From an uncultured bacterium (GTDB lineage: Bacteria > Krumholzibacteriota > Krumholzibacteriia > LZORAL124-64-63), in the NCBI GenBank assembly GCA_963727525.1, contig CAVSGO010000007.1, positions 608,001 through 672,000 on the forward strand: a stretch of 64,000 bases of DNA, read 5' to 3'. The notes under the pieces are model-generated. The model saw only the letters and a program-made list of their open reading frames with translations, ran no database searches and was not told where the DNA came from. The translations under genes were made by a program, and so were the position numbers. This document shows positions 1-9,402 of the stretch, one piece after another. Position 1 is the stretch's first letter, and each line of letters opens with the position of its first letter.

Positions 1-2
1 GC

Positions 3-3000
3 ACGGGGCACCACAACCCGGTGCTCGGCTACTGGAATCCGGACGACGGTGGCACCGCCGGCCACGGCCGCGACCTCGCGGCCGGCCAGTACATCGACGT
101 GAACTCCATCCGCATCTTCCAGTTCGTCGGCGGCGGCCAAGCGCAGGCCACGGACGAGACGAACATCGCCGTGGCCATCGATTCCTCTGGAGTCTGGTCG
201 CCGGGGTACCTCGGCTCCCTGACCAATGCCGACTGGCAGACGGGTCTGCGCTGGACGGAGATCCAGCAGTCGCAGTACGACAATTACACGGATGCGAACG
301 GCGGATTCATCGCCATCGACCTGCGGCAGGAGATGCCACTCAACGCGCTGATCGGCGTGGTCTACACCGTGTTCAATGCCGACGGAACCGTCGCTTTCCA
401 TGTCGGCGATCGCCCCGGCACCGACTCGCGCGGCCTGACGATCGACGAAACCCAGTACTATCGGATGAAGGTCCTCAAGCCGACCCAGCCGGATCCCTAC
501 ACTTACCAGTACGTCCTGCGCAACATCTACAGCCTGGGCGGCACGAACATCGATCCCGAGTCATTCGATCTGCGCATCGAGGCGAAGACCAGCGACGCTC
601 AGCCCCGCCTGGAGACCATCGACGGGCAGGACCCGATCGATTACCTGCGCCTGTTCGGGCTGGACAACAGCAACGGCTCCGGGGGGCCACCCGACGGCCA
701 GCCGGACAAGACCGATACCTATCTCTTCGATCTCACGCGGGGCTTGCTCAAGTTCCCGCTGGACTTCCCTCGGCCCTTCGCCGCGCCGCTGGCGAGGTAT
801 GCGGCCTACGCGGACTTGCCCGACAGTACGGCGCTCACCGGCACGGGATCCTTCATCAAGACCAACGTCCAGCCGGAGATCTATCAGGCGGCGCACTACA
901 ACAACCTCGACAACTTCGCGCGCTTCCAGATCGTGTCGTCCCATGCGGCGGCGTCGAGCAGCTTCAACCTGGGCGTGACCAACATCGAGGAGGGCTCCGA
1001 GACGGTGACCCTCGACGGGAAGACCCTGGTCAACGGCGTCGACTACGAGATCGACTATACCTTCGGCCAGATCACGCTCAAGGGCACGGCAGCCGACCTG
1101 ACGGCCGACAGCCAGATCTCGGTGACGTATCAGTACGCCCCGTTCTTCGGCGGGGGGCAGACGAACCTGCTCGGCCTGAACCTCGGCTACGACCTGGGCC
1201 AGGACAGCAAGCTCACCACCACCTGGCTCTACCAGTCCAACAGCATCGTGGGCTACAAGCCCAAGCTGGGCGAGGAGCCCAGCCACACGCTCGTGGGCAA
1301 CATCAACCTGCAGCACACGCTCAAGCCGTACTTCCTCACCCACGTGGCCAACTTCATCTCGCGGCGCAACAGCGAGAAGGAGAGCACGCTGAGCATCTCG
1401 GCGGAGACGGCGATCTCCATCCCCAATCCCAATACGCGCGGCGAGGTGTACCTGGAGGACTTCGAGGGCATCGACAGCTCCGATGTCATCAGCCTCACCC
1501 GCCTGGGCTGGTCGCAGGCGAGCCGTCCGGTACACGACCAGGACCCGGGGTTCCTGCCGCGCTACCTCGAGGCCACCGGCGATGCCACCTGGGGCGACTA
1601 CACCCCCCGGAATCGTGTATCTGACATCCGCTGGTTCTTGCCCAAGAACCGCGTGTTGCGGCGTTACCTGAACCCGGCGCTGCGCGACCAGGAACGCACC
1701 GAGAGCCAGCAGGTGCTGGAGCTGTGGATGCAGGCCGGGGCAGACGGGTGGACGCCCGATACCTGGGGCGGCATCATGCGCGGCGTGAGCCGCACCGGCC
1801 TCGACCTCACCAAGACGCAGTTCCTCGAGCTGTGGGTGAACGACGGCACGCCCGATCGCACGCAGCGCCGCGGCAAGCTGCACATCGACTTTGGCTCCAT
1901 CAGCGAGGATTTCTTCTGGCCGCAGCGTGGGGACTCGCTCGTCGTGGGCACCGAGCAATGGGAAGACGTCAACCGCGACGGTGTCTTCACCAACGAGGAG
2001 GACATCGGCCTCGACGGGCAGTGGAACGCCGATTTGACGCACGTCGTCAGCGAGGGCGAGCCGTACGACGCCGCCTACAACGACGACGCCGATCCCTTCC
2101 CCGGCATCAACAACACCGCGCGCAACTTCCGCGAGGACTCCGAGGACCTCAACGGCAATACGGTCGTCGACAAGACGAATTCCTTCTTCTCCACGACCAT
2201 CGATCTCGCCGAGACCACGCCGCTGGTGGACGTGGATTACGACTACGCCGAGGACTACCCCAACGATGTCAACGAGCTCGTCGGCGACGGGATCGCCTGG
2301 CGCAAATACCGTATCCGGCTGGGGGACGTGATCGAGGCGGCGGTCGACGGTCTGCCGCGCCTCAACGCCATCACCCACGTGCGCATCTGGTACGAGGACG
2401 ACGCCATCGACGCGCCGCGCAAGCGCGTGCTCCAGTTTTCCGAGCTCACGTTCCTGGGCAGCCGCTGGGAGCGCGACGGCATCCGCCGCGTCGGCACCGA
2501 GGAGCTGTTGCCGCCGGCGGAGCGGGGGCCGAACGAGGAGTTCTTCATAGGCGAGGTGAATACGAAGGAGAACCCCGATTACCACCCGGCCTTCGCGGTA
2601 CACGAGACGAACAACATCCCGGACAAGGAGCAGTCGATCGTCCTCGACTTCAATCAGCTCGAGCCGGGACACCAGGCGCGCATCAGCAAGCAGGTGAGCC
2701 CGAAGGGCGACGATTACACGCGGTACGACCGGCTCACCTGGGACTGGTACAACCCCACGTCCGAGACCGCCGACGTCGACCTTTTCTACCGTGTGGGCGC
2801 CGACACGCTCAATTACTACGAGGTGCGCATGAGATATGCCGACACGCCGGTGCGCACCGGCTGGCGCCGCGTGGTGGTGAATGTAGCTGAACTTGCCAAC
2901 ACGAAGAACGACAGCGCCGATGCCGATGGGATGATTCGCAGCCACATTGCTGATGTCGTCGACGGGCGCGAGTACGAGGTGCGCGTGGTCGGGCGTCCCG

Positions 3001-5564
3001 ACCTGCGCCGCGTGAAACGTTTCTACATCGGTGTGGAGAACAACACCCGGTGGAACATCACGGGTTACGTGTACATGAACGACGTGCTGCTCAAGGGGGT
3101 GAAGAAGGACATCGGCCTGGCCAACCATCTCGGCCTGCGCCTGAACATGGCCGACGTCATCAAGATCGATTTCGACTGGTCGGCGCAGGATGCGGAATAT
3201 CGTGGGCTGTCGAGCGACGCGGGGCAAGGTTATAGCAATGAAGACTGGACGCTGTCCACGAACTTCCGCCTCGACGATTTCATTCCGTTGCTGGGCTTCC
3301 AGTTGCCGGTGAGCCTGAGCCGCCATAAATCGGTGCAGCGGCCGAAGTACGTCACCAACAGCGACATCGAGATCCTCAGCGCGGACGTGCGCAACGAGCT
3401 GTCCACGCTCGATGACCGCGAGAGTTTCTCGGTGCGGCTTAGCCACGAGCCCTCGCGTTCGGCTATCCCGCGTTACGTCATCGATCCCTGGTCGGTGCAA
3501 CTCTCCGGAAGCTGGACGGAGAAGACGAGCCCGCTCGACGATTCCAACGCCCGTACGCTGCAGGGCGGCGTCAACTACGACCTGCGTCTGCCGCTCGACT
3601 CGACCATCGGCCACGTACCGGTGCTGGGCAAGGTGCCCGTGCTCAAGGGGCTGTCTTTGCTGCCCTCGAAGATCAGTCTGAGCGGCAATTTCGCGGGTAG
3701 CGAGCGCAACTCTATCGTACGCGACCTCAATGGCGTCGAGACGCCCCGGCCGTCCACGAAGACGCGGACGGGCACGCTCGCGGGCTCTGCCGACTACACC
3801 GCGTTCCAGATCATCAACGTGGGGTATCGCAACCGGTCGGAGCGCGACCTGCTGCGCCCGAAGGATGTGCTGGGGGTGAACATCGGCGAGGAGAACCGGT
3901 ACTCCCAGGATCTGCAGGTCACCTTCGGCGTGCCCAAGATGGTTCAGTTCCCGTCCAGCAAGGTCTTCGCGCCGGTGCGCGCGGTCGTGAAAGGGATCAA
4001 CGAGTTGCGGCCATCGCTCACCTTCAATGGTGGCTTCGTCGACGTCCATGACCCGACGACTCGGCAGCCGGGCGATCCGCCCGACGTGCGCAGCGTGAGC
4101 AACAGTACGGCCTGGGAATTCCGCGCGAAGGTGCCGGTGGGCACGGCGTTCAAGAATCTCTTCCCGGAGAACAAGCGGACCAGCGCCGAGCAGCAGCGCA
4201 TGATCGAGGAGCAGCGGCGCATCGAACAGCGCGACCGTGCGCGCGGACGGGGCCAGCCCGAGGTGACGCCGCCGGGCGGCGCAGCCACCGATTCCACCCA
4301 GACCTTCCCCGGCCAGGATGAAGATCTCACGCCCGAGGAACGTCTCCAGCGCGAGCAGGAACGCCTGCTGCGCGAGGCGGAGTTGCGCGCCGAGGCTGAG
4401 GCCGCGGAACGGCGCCGCCGCGACCGGGCGATCGCGCCGCCAGGCGGTGCACCGGCCGACACCAGCGGCGCCCCGGCTGACACGACCGGCGCTCTGGCCG
4501 ACACCGCCGGCGCTCCCGCCGACACCACGGGCGCTCCCGCCGACACCACGGCCGCGGCGCCGGGCGGCCGGCCCGCCGCCTGGGATCAGGTGCAGTCGAC
4601 GGCGGACGAGGGGGGCGGTGGCATACACATCCCGAACCCGGTGACGCCGTTGAAGAACCTGCTGCGGAACATCGGTGACATCCAGTTCAGCTATACCGAT
4701 CGCAACACGTCCAGCTACTCGCGTCTGGTCGATCGCGCGCCGTTCCTCTATTCCATCGGTGTCGACCGCACACTCGACGTGCCGGATTCGGCATACGTGG
4801 CCTTCGGCGGTTCGATGGACAAGTCGCTGTCCCTGGCCACCAACACCCAGATCTCGCGCAAAGTGGGTCTGGACCTGAAATACAACCAGCGTACGGGCAC
4901 GCAGAATGCGGCCGGGCGCGTGACCCACGACTACACGCAGGATTGGCCGGATGTGCGCCTGTCGATCAGCGGGGTCGAGGAGTGGGGCATCTTCGGCGGT
5001 AAGAAGACCGATCGTACCGAGACCTGGTTCCGTACGTCGAGTCTGGACCTTTCGTACAAGTTTTCCAAGGCCGTCAATGGCTACTCATCCGACTATTACA
5101 ATCCCCGGCGCACGACCACCATCACGCCGCGCTGGAATTTCACGTTGCAGAGCGGGATGACGATCACGCTCAACGGCACGATCTCGAAGGATCGGCAGAC
5201 CAACAGCGGCACCGAGACGATCAACAACCGCTGGCGCGCCGGTCTCCAGGTACACCACCAGTTCAAGGCGCAGAAGATCCTGGCGAAGCTGGGTCTGTAT
5301 CGTCCGGGCAGCCAGCCGAACATCACGATGGACGTGGATCTGAGCTACCAGTCCAACACGAACGAACGCGTCGTCCCGGGGGCGGCCACGGTCCAGGCAC
5401 CCACGGGTCAGAGGACGCTGAGCTTCGCGCCGCGCTTCAGCTACCAGGTGAGCAAGAACCTCTCCGGCGCGATGCGGCTGAATTTCGATCGCACGTCGAA
5501 CATCGCGACGGACCAGACCACCACCTCCTTCGGGCTGGGACTGGAGGCTACCTTTGTGTTCTAG
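3..5564 (+). CDS. sprA: SprA/Sov-like type IX secretion system outer-membrane translocon (5'-truncated by window edge)
   Basis: Frame is open from position 3, >1847 aa. SprA-like motifs: LRNIYSLG, ITEGSE-like 'IEEGSETVTLDG...GVDYEIDYTFGQI', 'KPKLGEEP', 'YLEDFEG', 'WGGIMR', 'LHIDFGSISED', 'DSEDLNGN'. Beta-strand C-terminus ending in aromatic F. Confidence 0.88.
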   Translation, partial: TGHHNPVLGYWNPDDGGTAGHGRDLAAGQYIDVNSIRIFQFVGGGQAQATDETNIAVAIDSSGVWSPGYLGSLTNADWQTGLRWTEIQQSQYDNYTDANGGFIAIDLRQEMPLNALIGVVYTVFNADGTVAFHVGDRPGTDSRGLTIDETQYYRMKVLKPTQPDPYTYQYVLRNIYSLGGTNIDPESFDLRIEAKTSDAQPRLETIDGQDPIDYLRLFGLDNSNGSGGPPDGQPDKTDTYLFDLTRGLLKFPLDFPRPFAAPLARYAAYADLPDSTALTGTGSFIKTNVQPEIYQAAHYNNLDNFARFQIVSSHAAASSSFNLGVTNIEEGSETVTLDGKTLVNGVDYEIDYTFGQITLKGTAADLTADSQISVTYQYAPFFGGGQTNLLGLNLGYDLGQDSKLTTTWLYQSNSIVGYKPKLGEEPSHTLVGNINLQHTLKPYFLTHVANFISRRNSEKESTLSISAETAISIPNPNTRGEVYLEDFEGIDSSDVISLTRLGWSQASRPVHDQDPGFLPRYLEATGDATWGDYTPRNRVSDIRWFLPKNRVLRRYLNPALRDQERTESQQVLELWMQAGADGWTPDTWGGIMRGVSRTGLDLTKTQFLELWVNDGTPDRTQRRGKLHIDFGSISEDFFWPQRGDSLVVGTEQWEDVNRDGVFTNEEDIGLDGQWNADLTHVVSEGEPYDAAYNDDADPFPGINNTARNFREDSEDLNGNTVVDKTNSFFSTTIDLAETTPLVDVDYDYAEDYPNDVNELVGDGIAWRKYRIRLGDVIEAAVDGLPRLNAITHVRIWYEDDAIDAPRKRVLQFSELTFLGSRWERDGIRRVGTEELLPPAERGPNEEFFIGEVNTKENPDYHPAFAVHETNNIPDKEQSIVLDFNQLEPGHQARISKQVSPKGDDYTRYDRLTWDWYNPTSETADVDLFYRVGADTLNYYEVRMRYADTPVRTGWRRVVVNVAELANTKNDSADADGMIRSHIADVVDGREYEVRVVGRPDLRRVKRFYIGVENNTRWNITGYVYMNDVLLKGVKKDIGLANHLGLRLNMADVIKIDFDWSAQDAEYRGLSSDAGQGYSNEDWTLSTNFRLDDFIPLLGFQLPVSLSRHKSVQRPKYVTNSDIEILSADVRNELSTLDDRESFSVRLSHEPSRSAIPRYVIDPWSVQLSGSWTEKTSPLDDSNARTLQGGVNYDLRLPLDSTIGHVPVLGKVPVLKGLSLLPSKISLSGNFAGSERNSIVRDLNGVETPRPSTKTRTGTLAGSADYTAFQIINVGYRNRSERDLLRPKDVLGVNIGEENRYSQDLQVTFGVPKMVQFPSSKVFAPVRAVVKGINELRPSLTFNGGFVDVHDPTTRQPGDPPDVRSVSNSTAWEFRAKVPVGTAFKNLFPENKRTSAEQQRMIEEQRRIEQRDRARGRGQPEVTPPGGAATDSTQTFPGQDEDLTPEERLQREQERLLREAELRAEAEAAERRRRDRAIAPPGGAPADTSGAPADTTGALADTAGAPADTTGAPADTTAAAPGGRPAAWDQVQSTADEGGGGIHIPNPVTPLKNLLRNIGDIQFSYTDRNTSSYSRLVDRAPFLYSIGVDRTLDVPDSAYVAFGGSMDKSLSLATNTQISRKVGLDLKYNQRTGTQNAAGRVTHDYTQDWPDVRLSISGVEEWGIFGGKKTDRTETWFRTSSLDLSYKFSKAVNGYSSDYYNPRRTTTITPRWNFTLQSGMTITLNGTISKDRQTNSGTETINNRWRAGLQVHHQFKAQKILAKLGLYRPGSQPNITMDVDLSYQSNTNERVVPGAATVQAPTGQRTLSFAPRFSYQVSKNLSGAMRLNFDRTSNIATDQTTTSFGLGLEATFVF
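4446..4550 (+). repeat. Five in-frame 21-nt tandem repeats encoding GAPADTS/GAPADTT/GALADTA/GAPADTT/GAPADTT inside sprA
   Basis: Read directly: GGTGCACCGGCCGACACCAGC, GGCGCCCCGGCTGACACGACC, GGCGCTCTGGCCGACACCGCC, then GGCGCTCCCGCCGACACCACG twice. Confidence 0.95.
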
Positions 5565-6501
5565 ACGTGGCAGGTCCGGGTGGGTCGTCGCCCTCGTGCT
5601 GCTCGGGCTGGCGGGCGCCGTCCGCGCCGACGATGCGCCGGCATTCCACGGCGAACGCGCCCTCGGCTGGGTGCATGCCCAGTGCGACCTGGGGCCGCGT
5701 CCGCCCGGCTCAGCGGCCCTCGAATCGCTGCGCCAGATGATCATCGCTCATGCCGACAGCCTGGGTCTGTCCGCGGTGCGGCTGGAATTCACGACCACCG
5801 ATCCCTGGCGCGGCGGCGAGATCGCCGTGTGCAACATCATCGTGAGCGCCGGGCCGACCGGCGGCCCGCACCTCTGGCTGGGGGCGCACTATGACACCCG
5901 GCCGGCCGCCGATCGCGATGCCGATCCGCAGCGGCGCGACGAGCCTATCCTGGGCGCGAACGACGGCGGCAGTGGCACCGGCATCCTCCTGCACCTCATG
6001 GATCTGCTCGCGGCCCGGCCGCCGGCGCGGGGGGTGGACCTGATCTTCCTCGACGCCGAGGACTCCGGTCCGGCCGGCGATCCGCAGGCGTTCTGCCTGG
6101 GCAGCCAGCACCTGGCGGCTCACTGGCGCGACTTCGGCAATCCCCTGGCCACGGGCGACCCGGTCGGGCTCGTCGTGCTCGACATGTGCGGCCGCACGGG
6201 TGCGAGGTTGCTGCAGGAGGGTTACAGCCGCCAGTCGGCGCCCGACCTGGTGGACGCGGTCTATGGCCGGGCGGCGGATCTCGGGCTCACGACCACGCTG
6301 CCCCTGGCGCCGGGCCCCGCCGTGTTCGACGACCACGTCCCGTTCCTTCTGGCCGGGATCCCGGCGGTGGACCTGATCGAGTTCCCCTTTCCCGAGTGGC
6401 ACACCACGGGCGACGTCCCGGCCATCTGCGGAGCGGCCACCCTGGGCGCGGTGGGGACCCTCGTCGCCAGCCTCTGCTACGTGCCGGCCCCGGGATTCTG
6501 A
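5554..6501 (+). CDS. M28 family zinc metallopeptidase, glutaminyl-peptide cyclotransferase-like, with signal peptide
   Basis: Motifs GAHYDTRP, GANDGGSGTG, LDAEDSG, VLDMCG, DDHVPF, WHTTGD. TTG start after GGAGG, overlapping the sprA stop. Confidence 0.85.
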   Translation: MCSRRGRSGWVVALVLLGLAGAVRADDAPAFHGERALGWVHAQCDLGPRPPGSAALESLRQMIIAHADSLGLSAVRLEFTTTDPWRGGEIAVCNIIVSAGPTGGPHLWLGAHYDTRPAADRDADPQRRDEPILGANDGGSGTGILLHLMDLLAARPPARGVDLIFLDAEDSGPAGDPQAFCLGSQHLAAHWRDFGNPLATGDPVGLVVLDMCGRTGARLLQEGYSRQSAPDLVDAVYGRAADLGLTTTLPLAPGPAVFDDHVPFLLAGIPAVDLIEFPFPEWHTTGDVPAICGAATLGAVGTLVASLCYVPAPGF

Positions 6502-6549
6502 GCGCGCCCGCGGCGGGTGCAAGCGTGGAAACCGGCGTCTAGAACGGGC

Positions 6550-6578
6550 TTGCCACGCCGGGGCCGAACGTCTATATT
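6550..6578 (+). promoter_or_regulatory. Sigma70-type promoter of rimP operon, TTGCCA-N17-TATATT
   Basis: Exact 17-nt spacing in intergenic DNA upstream of rimP. Confidence 0.75.
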
Positions 6579-6616
6579 CGCTGCGAGAGAGAGACCCCAG
6601 ATCCGGGGGTGTTCCG

Positions 6617-6642
6617 GAAGTGGGCGGAAGTCCACTTCTTTT
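6617..6642 (+). ncRNA. rimP leader hairpin / attenuator
   Basis: GAAGTGGGC-GGAA-GTCCACTTC followed by TTTT: 9-bp stem, GNRA loop and U tract between the promoter and rimP, matching the known rimP leader pattern. Confidence 0.75.
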
Positions 6643-6730
6643 CGTGCTTAGGCTTTTCGTTCCGGAAACGTCCGGACACCGGCCCGGGCCGGAACGCCGC
6701 CGGGCGCCTCCGGGTGCGAAGGACGCCGCC

Positions 6731-7426
6731 ATGGCCGAGGAATTCGACCGTTACGCCCTGGCCGATCGTCTGTTCGCCCTGCTGGCCCCCGAACTGGCCG
6801 CCGAGGATATCGACCTCGTGGACGTGCGGGTATTCCGCGGCGGCGGACGCTTGCAGGTGCGGCTGTCCGTGGATCGGGCCGGCGGCGAGCCGATCGATCT
6901 GGCGGGCTGTGCCAGCGCATCGCGTTCGGCGGGTCTGCTCCTCGAGGATGCCGACGTGATCGCCGACGCCTACGTGCTCGAGGTCTCGTCGCCGGGTGTG
7001 CGGCGGCCGTTGCGTACCGACGCCTCCTTCGCTGACGCCGTGGGGCGCGCCGTGGAGCTGCGGGTGCGCGAAGGCGCGGGTCGACCGCGCCGCTTGCGCG
7101 GACGCCTGGATGCCTTTGCGCCCGGTACGCTCACGCTGGCACCGTTGGCGGACGGCGGCGGGAGCGGCAACGAGGCGGCGGGCGACGACGATCCGGACGC
7201 GGATTCCGAACACCCGCCCGAGGCGGACGTGCGCAGTTACGGTCCCGCCCGCGCCATCGCGCGCGCGGCGGTGCTCGAGGCCAATCTGGACGAAGAACTC
7301 GACGTCCAGGCATTGATCAATGCCGACCGCCGCCGTCGCCGTGAAGAACGACGGCAGCAGCGACAGGAACGACAGACGCAGACGCGCGGCCGCGTGCGAA
7401 GTAAGACGCGGCGCGAAGACACCTGA
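6731..7426 (+). CDS. rimP: Ribosome maturation factor RimP
   Basis: YVLEVSSPGVRRPL motif; directly upstream of nusA. Start reassigned to ATG 6731 after AAGGA. Confidence 0.92.
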   Translation: MAEEFDRYALADRLFALLAPELAAEDIDLVDVRVFRGGGRLQVRLSVDRAGGEPIDLAGCASASRSAGLLLEDADVIADAYVLEVSSPGVRRPLRTDASFADAVGRAVELRVREGAGRPRRLRGRLDAFAPGTLTLAPLADGGGSGNEAAGDDDPDADSEHPPEADVRSYGPARAIARAAVLEANLDEELDVQALINADRRRRREERRQQRQERQTQTRGRVRSKTRREDT

Positions 7427-7441
7427 TCCCGGGAGTGGAGC

Positions 7442-8989
7442 ATGGACTACAACGTCATCCAGGCGCTGCAGGCCATAACGCGCGAAAAGCATCTCGACCA
7501 GGCGATCATTCTCGAGTCGCTGGTCGCGGGGCTGCAGTCGGCGGCCAAGAAGAAGCTTGGCGCCGAGGCCAACGTCGACGCCAGCGTCGATCCGGACACC
7601 GGAGAGATGGTGATCGAGCAGGTGAAGACGGTCGTCGATGACGTCGACGACGATGATCTCGAGATCAGCCTCGATGAGGCGCAGATCGAGTTCGGCGACG
7701 AGGTCGAGATCGGCGATCAGGTGCGCTGGGAACTGCCGCTGGAGGAATTCGGCCGCAACGCCATCCTCGTGGCGAAGCAGATCCTCGTGCAGAAGGTGCG
7801 CGAGGCCGAGCGCTCCCAGATCTACGATGAATACAAGGACCTCGTGAACACCATTATCGAGGGCCGCGTGCAGCAGATCGATCGCGGCAACGCGCTCGTC
7901 AATCTGGGCCGCGTGGAAGCGCTGCTGCCGTACCGCGAGCAGATCCGGGGCGAGAAGCTGCGCCAGGGCGGTGCCACCCGGGCGTTCATCATCGAGGTGC
8001 TCGACAACGCCAAGGGTCCGCAGGTGATCCTCTCGCGCAGCCATCCGGGTTTCCTGAAGGCGCTGTTCGAGCAGGAGGTGCCGGAGATCCAGGAGCGCAT
8101 CGTCGAGATCAAGGCGGTGGCGCGCGAACCGGGAACGCGCTCGAAGATCGCCGTCGTCAGCAACGACGATCGCGTGGATCCCGTGGGGTCGTGCGTGGGC
8201 ATGAAGGGCAGCCGCGTGCAGGCCGTCACTCGCGAGCTGGCGGGCGAGCGCATCGACATCGTACCCTGGAGCGCCGAACCCAGCCTGCTGATCTCGCGCG
8301 CGCTCAGCCCGGCCGATGTGAGCCAGATCATCCTGAACCACGAGCGCCGCGAGGCCACCGTGGTGGTGTCGGAAGACCAACTCAGCAAGGCCATCGGCAA
8401 GGAAGGCAAGAACGTTCGCCTAGCCGCCAAGCTCACGGAGTGGAAGATCGACCTCGTCAGTGCGCGCGAGTACGGCATCCGTCAGCGCGTCGCCGACGAG
8501 GTGACGATGGAACTGGAAGAGATGAGCGGCGTCACGCCGGAGCTGGCCCGAGCGCTCGAAGGCGTGGGCATCGATACGATCAGGGCTCTCGCGCAGATCG
8601 ACGCCGAGGCGCTGGCCGGTGTCGACGGCATCGGCCAGGAGACAGCCTCGTCCCTGCAGGCCACGGCGCGTTCCACGCTCGATGAGCTGCGCCGTGTCGT
8701 CGAGGAGACGGTGGCGTCGGAGATGGCCAAGGAAGTGGGCAAGGATCTGTTCGACGAGAGCATCATGTCCGACGGCGGCGTCGAGGAGGACGAGATCGAC
8801 GAGACGGCACACATCGCCGCCCAGGAAGCGGCGGCCGCTGCCGCCGCCGCCGATCCGTTCAGCGGGTTCGAGGCGAAGATCGAGGGTTCTGCCGATGAGG
8901 TGGACGAGGCGGAAGACGCCGAAACCGACGCGAACGATGCTGTGAGCGAGGACGCTGAGCCCAAAGACGACACCGGCGATGACGATTGA
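7442..8989 (+). CDS. nusA: Transcription termination/antitermination factor NusA
   Basis: FGRNAILVAKQ, LFEQEVPEI, AREPGTRSKIAV, DPVGSCVGMKGSRVQAV, AIGKEGKNVRLAAKLT; C-terminal HhH and acidic tail. Confidence 0.98.
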   Translation: MDYNVIQALQAITREKHLDQAIILESLVAGLQSAAKKKLGAEANVDASVDPDTGEMVIEQVKTVVDDVDDDDLEISLDEAQIEFGDEVEIGDQVRWELPLEEFGRNAILVAKQILVQKVREAERSQIYDEYKDLVNTIIEGRVQQIDRGNALVNLGRVEALLPYREQIRGEKLRQGGATRAFIIEVLDNAKGPQVILSRSHPGFLKALFEQEVPEIQERIVEIKAVAREPGTRSKIAVVSNDDRVDPVGSCVGMKGSRVQAVTRELAGERIDIVPWSAEPSLLISRALSPADVSQIILNHERREATVVVSEDQLSKAIGKEGKNVRLAAKLTEWKIDLVSAREYGIRQRVADEVTMELEEMSGVTPELARALEGVGIDTIRALAQIDAEALAGVDGIGQETASSLQATARSTLDELRRVVEETVASEMAKEVGKDLFDESIMSDGGVEEDEIDETAHIAAQEAAAAAAAADPFSGFEAKIEGSADEVDEAEDAETDANDAVSEDAEPKDDTGDDD

Positions 8990-9019
8990 TCGCTGCGCGC
9001 CGGCGAGGAGGCTGGTTTG

Positions 9020-9367
9020 ATGACGACGCCGGCGGCGGCTGCGCAGGAGAGACTGCTGGGGCTGCTGGGCCTGGCCCGCCGGGCCGGCAAGCTGGCCGTG
9101 GGCGCCACGGCGGTCACGCAGCTCGTACGGAGCGGTGCGCGACCGGTGGTGGTGATCGCCGGCGGCGTCGGCGCCTCGCAGCATCGCAAACTCACGGCTC
9201 TGCGGCCGGTGCGCGGAGTCGTGGACGGATTGGTCGATCGTGACGAGATGGCCCATCGCCTCGGGCGCAACGACCTGGTGGTCGTCGCCGTGGCCGATCG
9301 CGGATTCGTCGCGGGACTGATGGAGCTGGGACTTGTCCGTGAGGGGTCGCCCGCGCCGGATGCGTGA
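9020..9367 (+). CDS. L7Ae/L30e-family RNA-binding protein (YlxQ-like)
   Basis: LLGLLGLARRAGKLAVG...LGR..VVVAVADRGF; located between nusA and infB; GAGGAGG RBS. Confidence 0.85.
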   Translation: MTTPAAAAQERLLGLLGLARRAGKLAVGATAVTQLVRSGARPVVVIAGGVGASQHRKLTALRPVRGVVDGLVDRDEMAHRLGRNDLVVVAVADRGFVAGLMELGLVREGSPAPDA

Positions 9368-9402
9368 CCGGCGTGCCTCACCACGGGTGGGAGGTTAGAG
9401 TA

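Noticed and set aside
4446-4550. CRISPR-like array
   Set aside because: Repeats are contiguous, in-frame and without spacers; no cas genes in the window.
561-4928. 1455-aa minus-strand ORF, and similar long shadow ORFs (8482-13587, 29817-31730, 52357-54219, 59323-61626, 39642-41651)
   Set aside because: They overlap well-supported genes on the opposite strand or in another frame and have no recognisable motifs; expected from high-GC codon bias.
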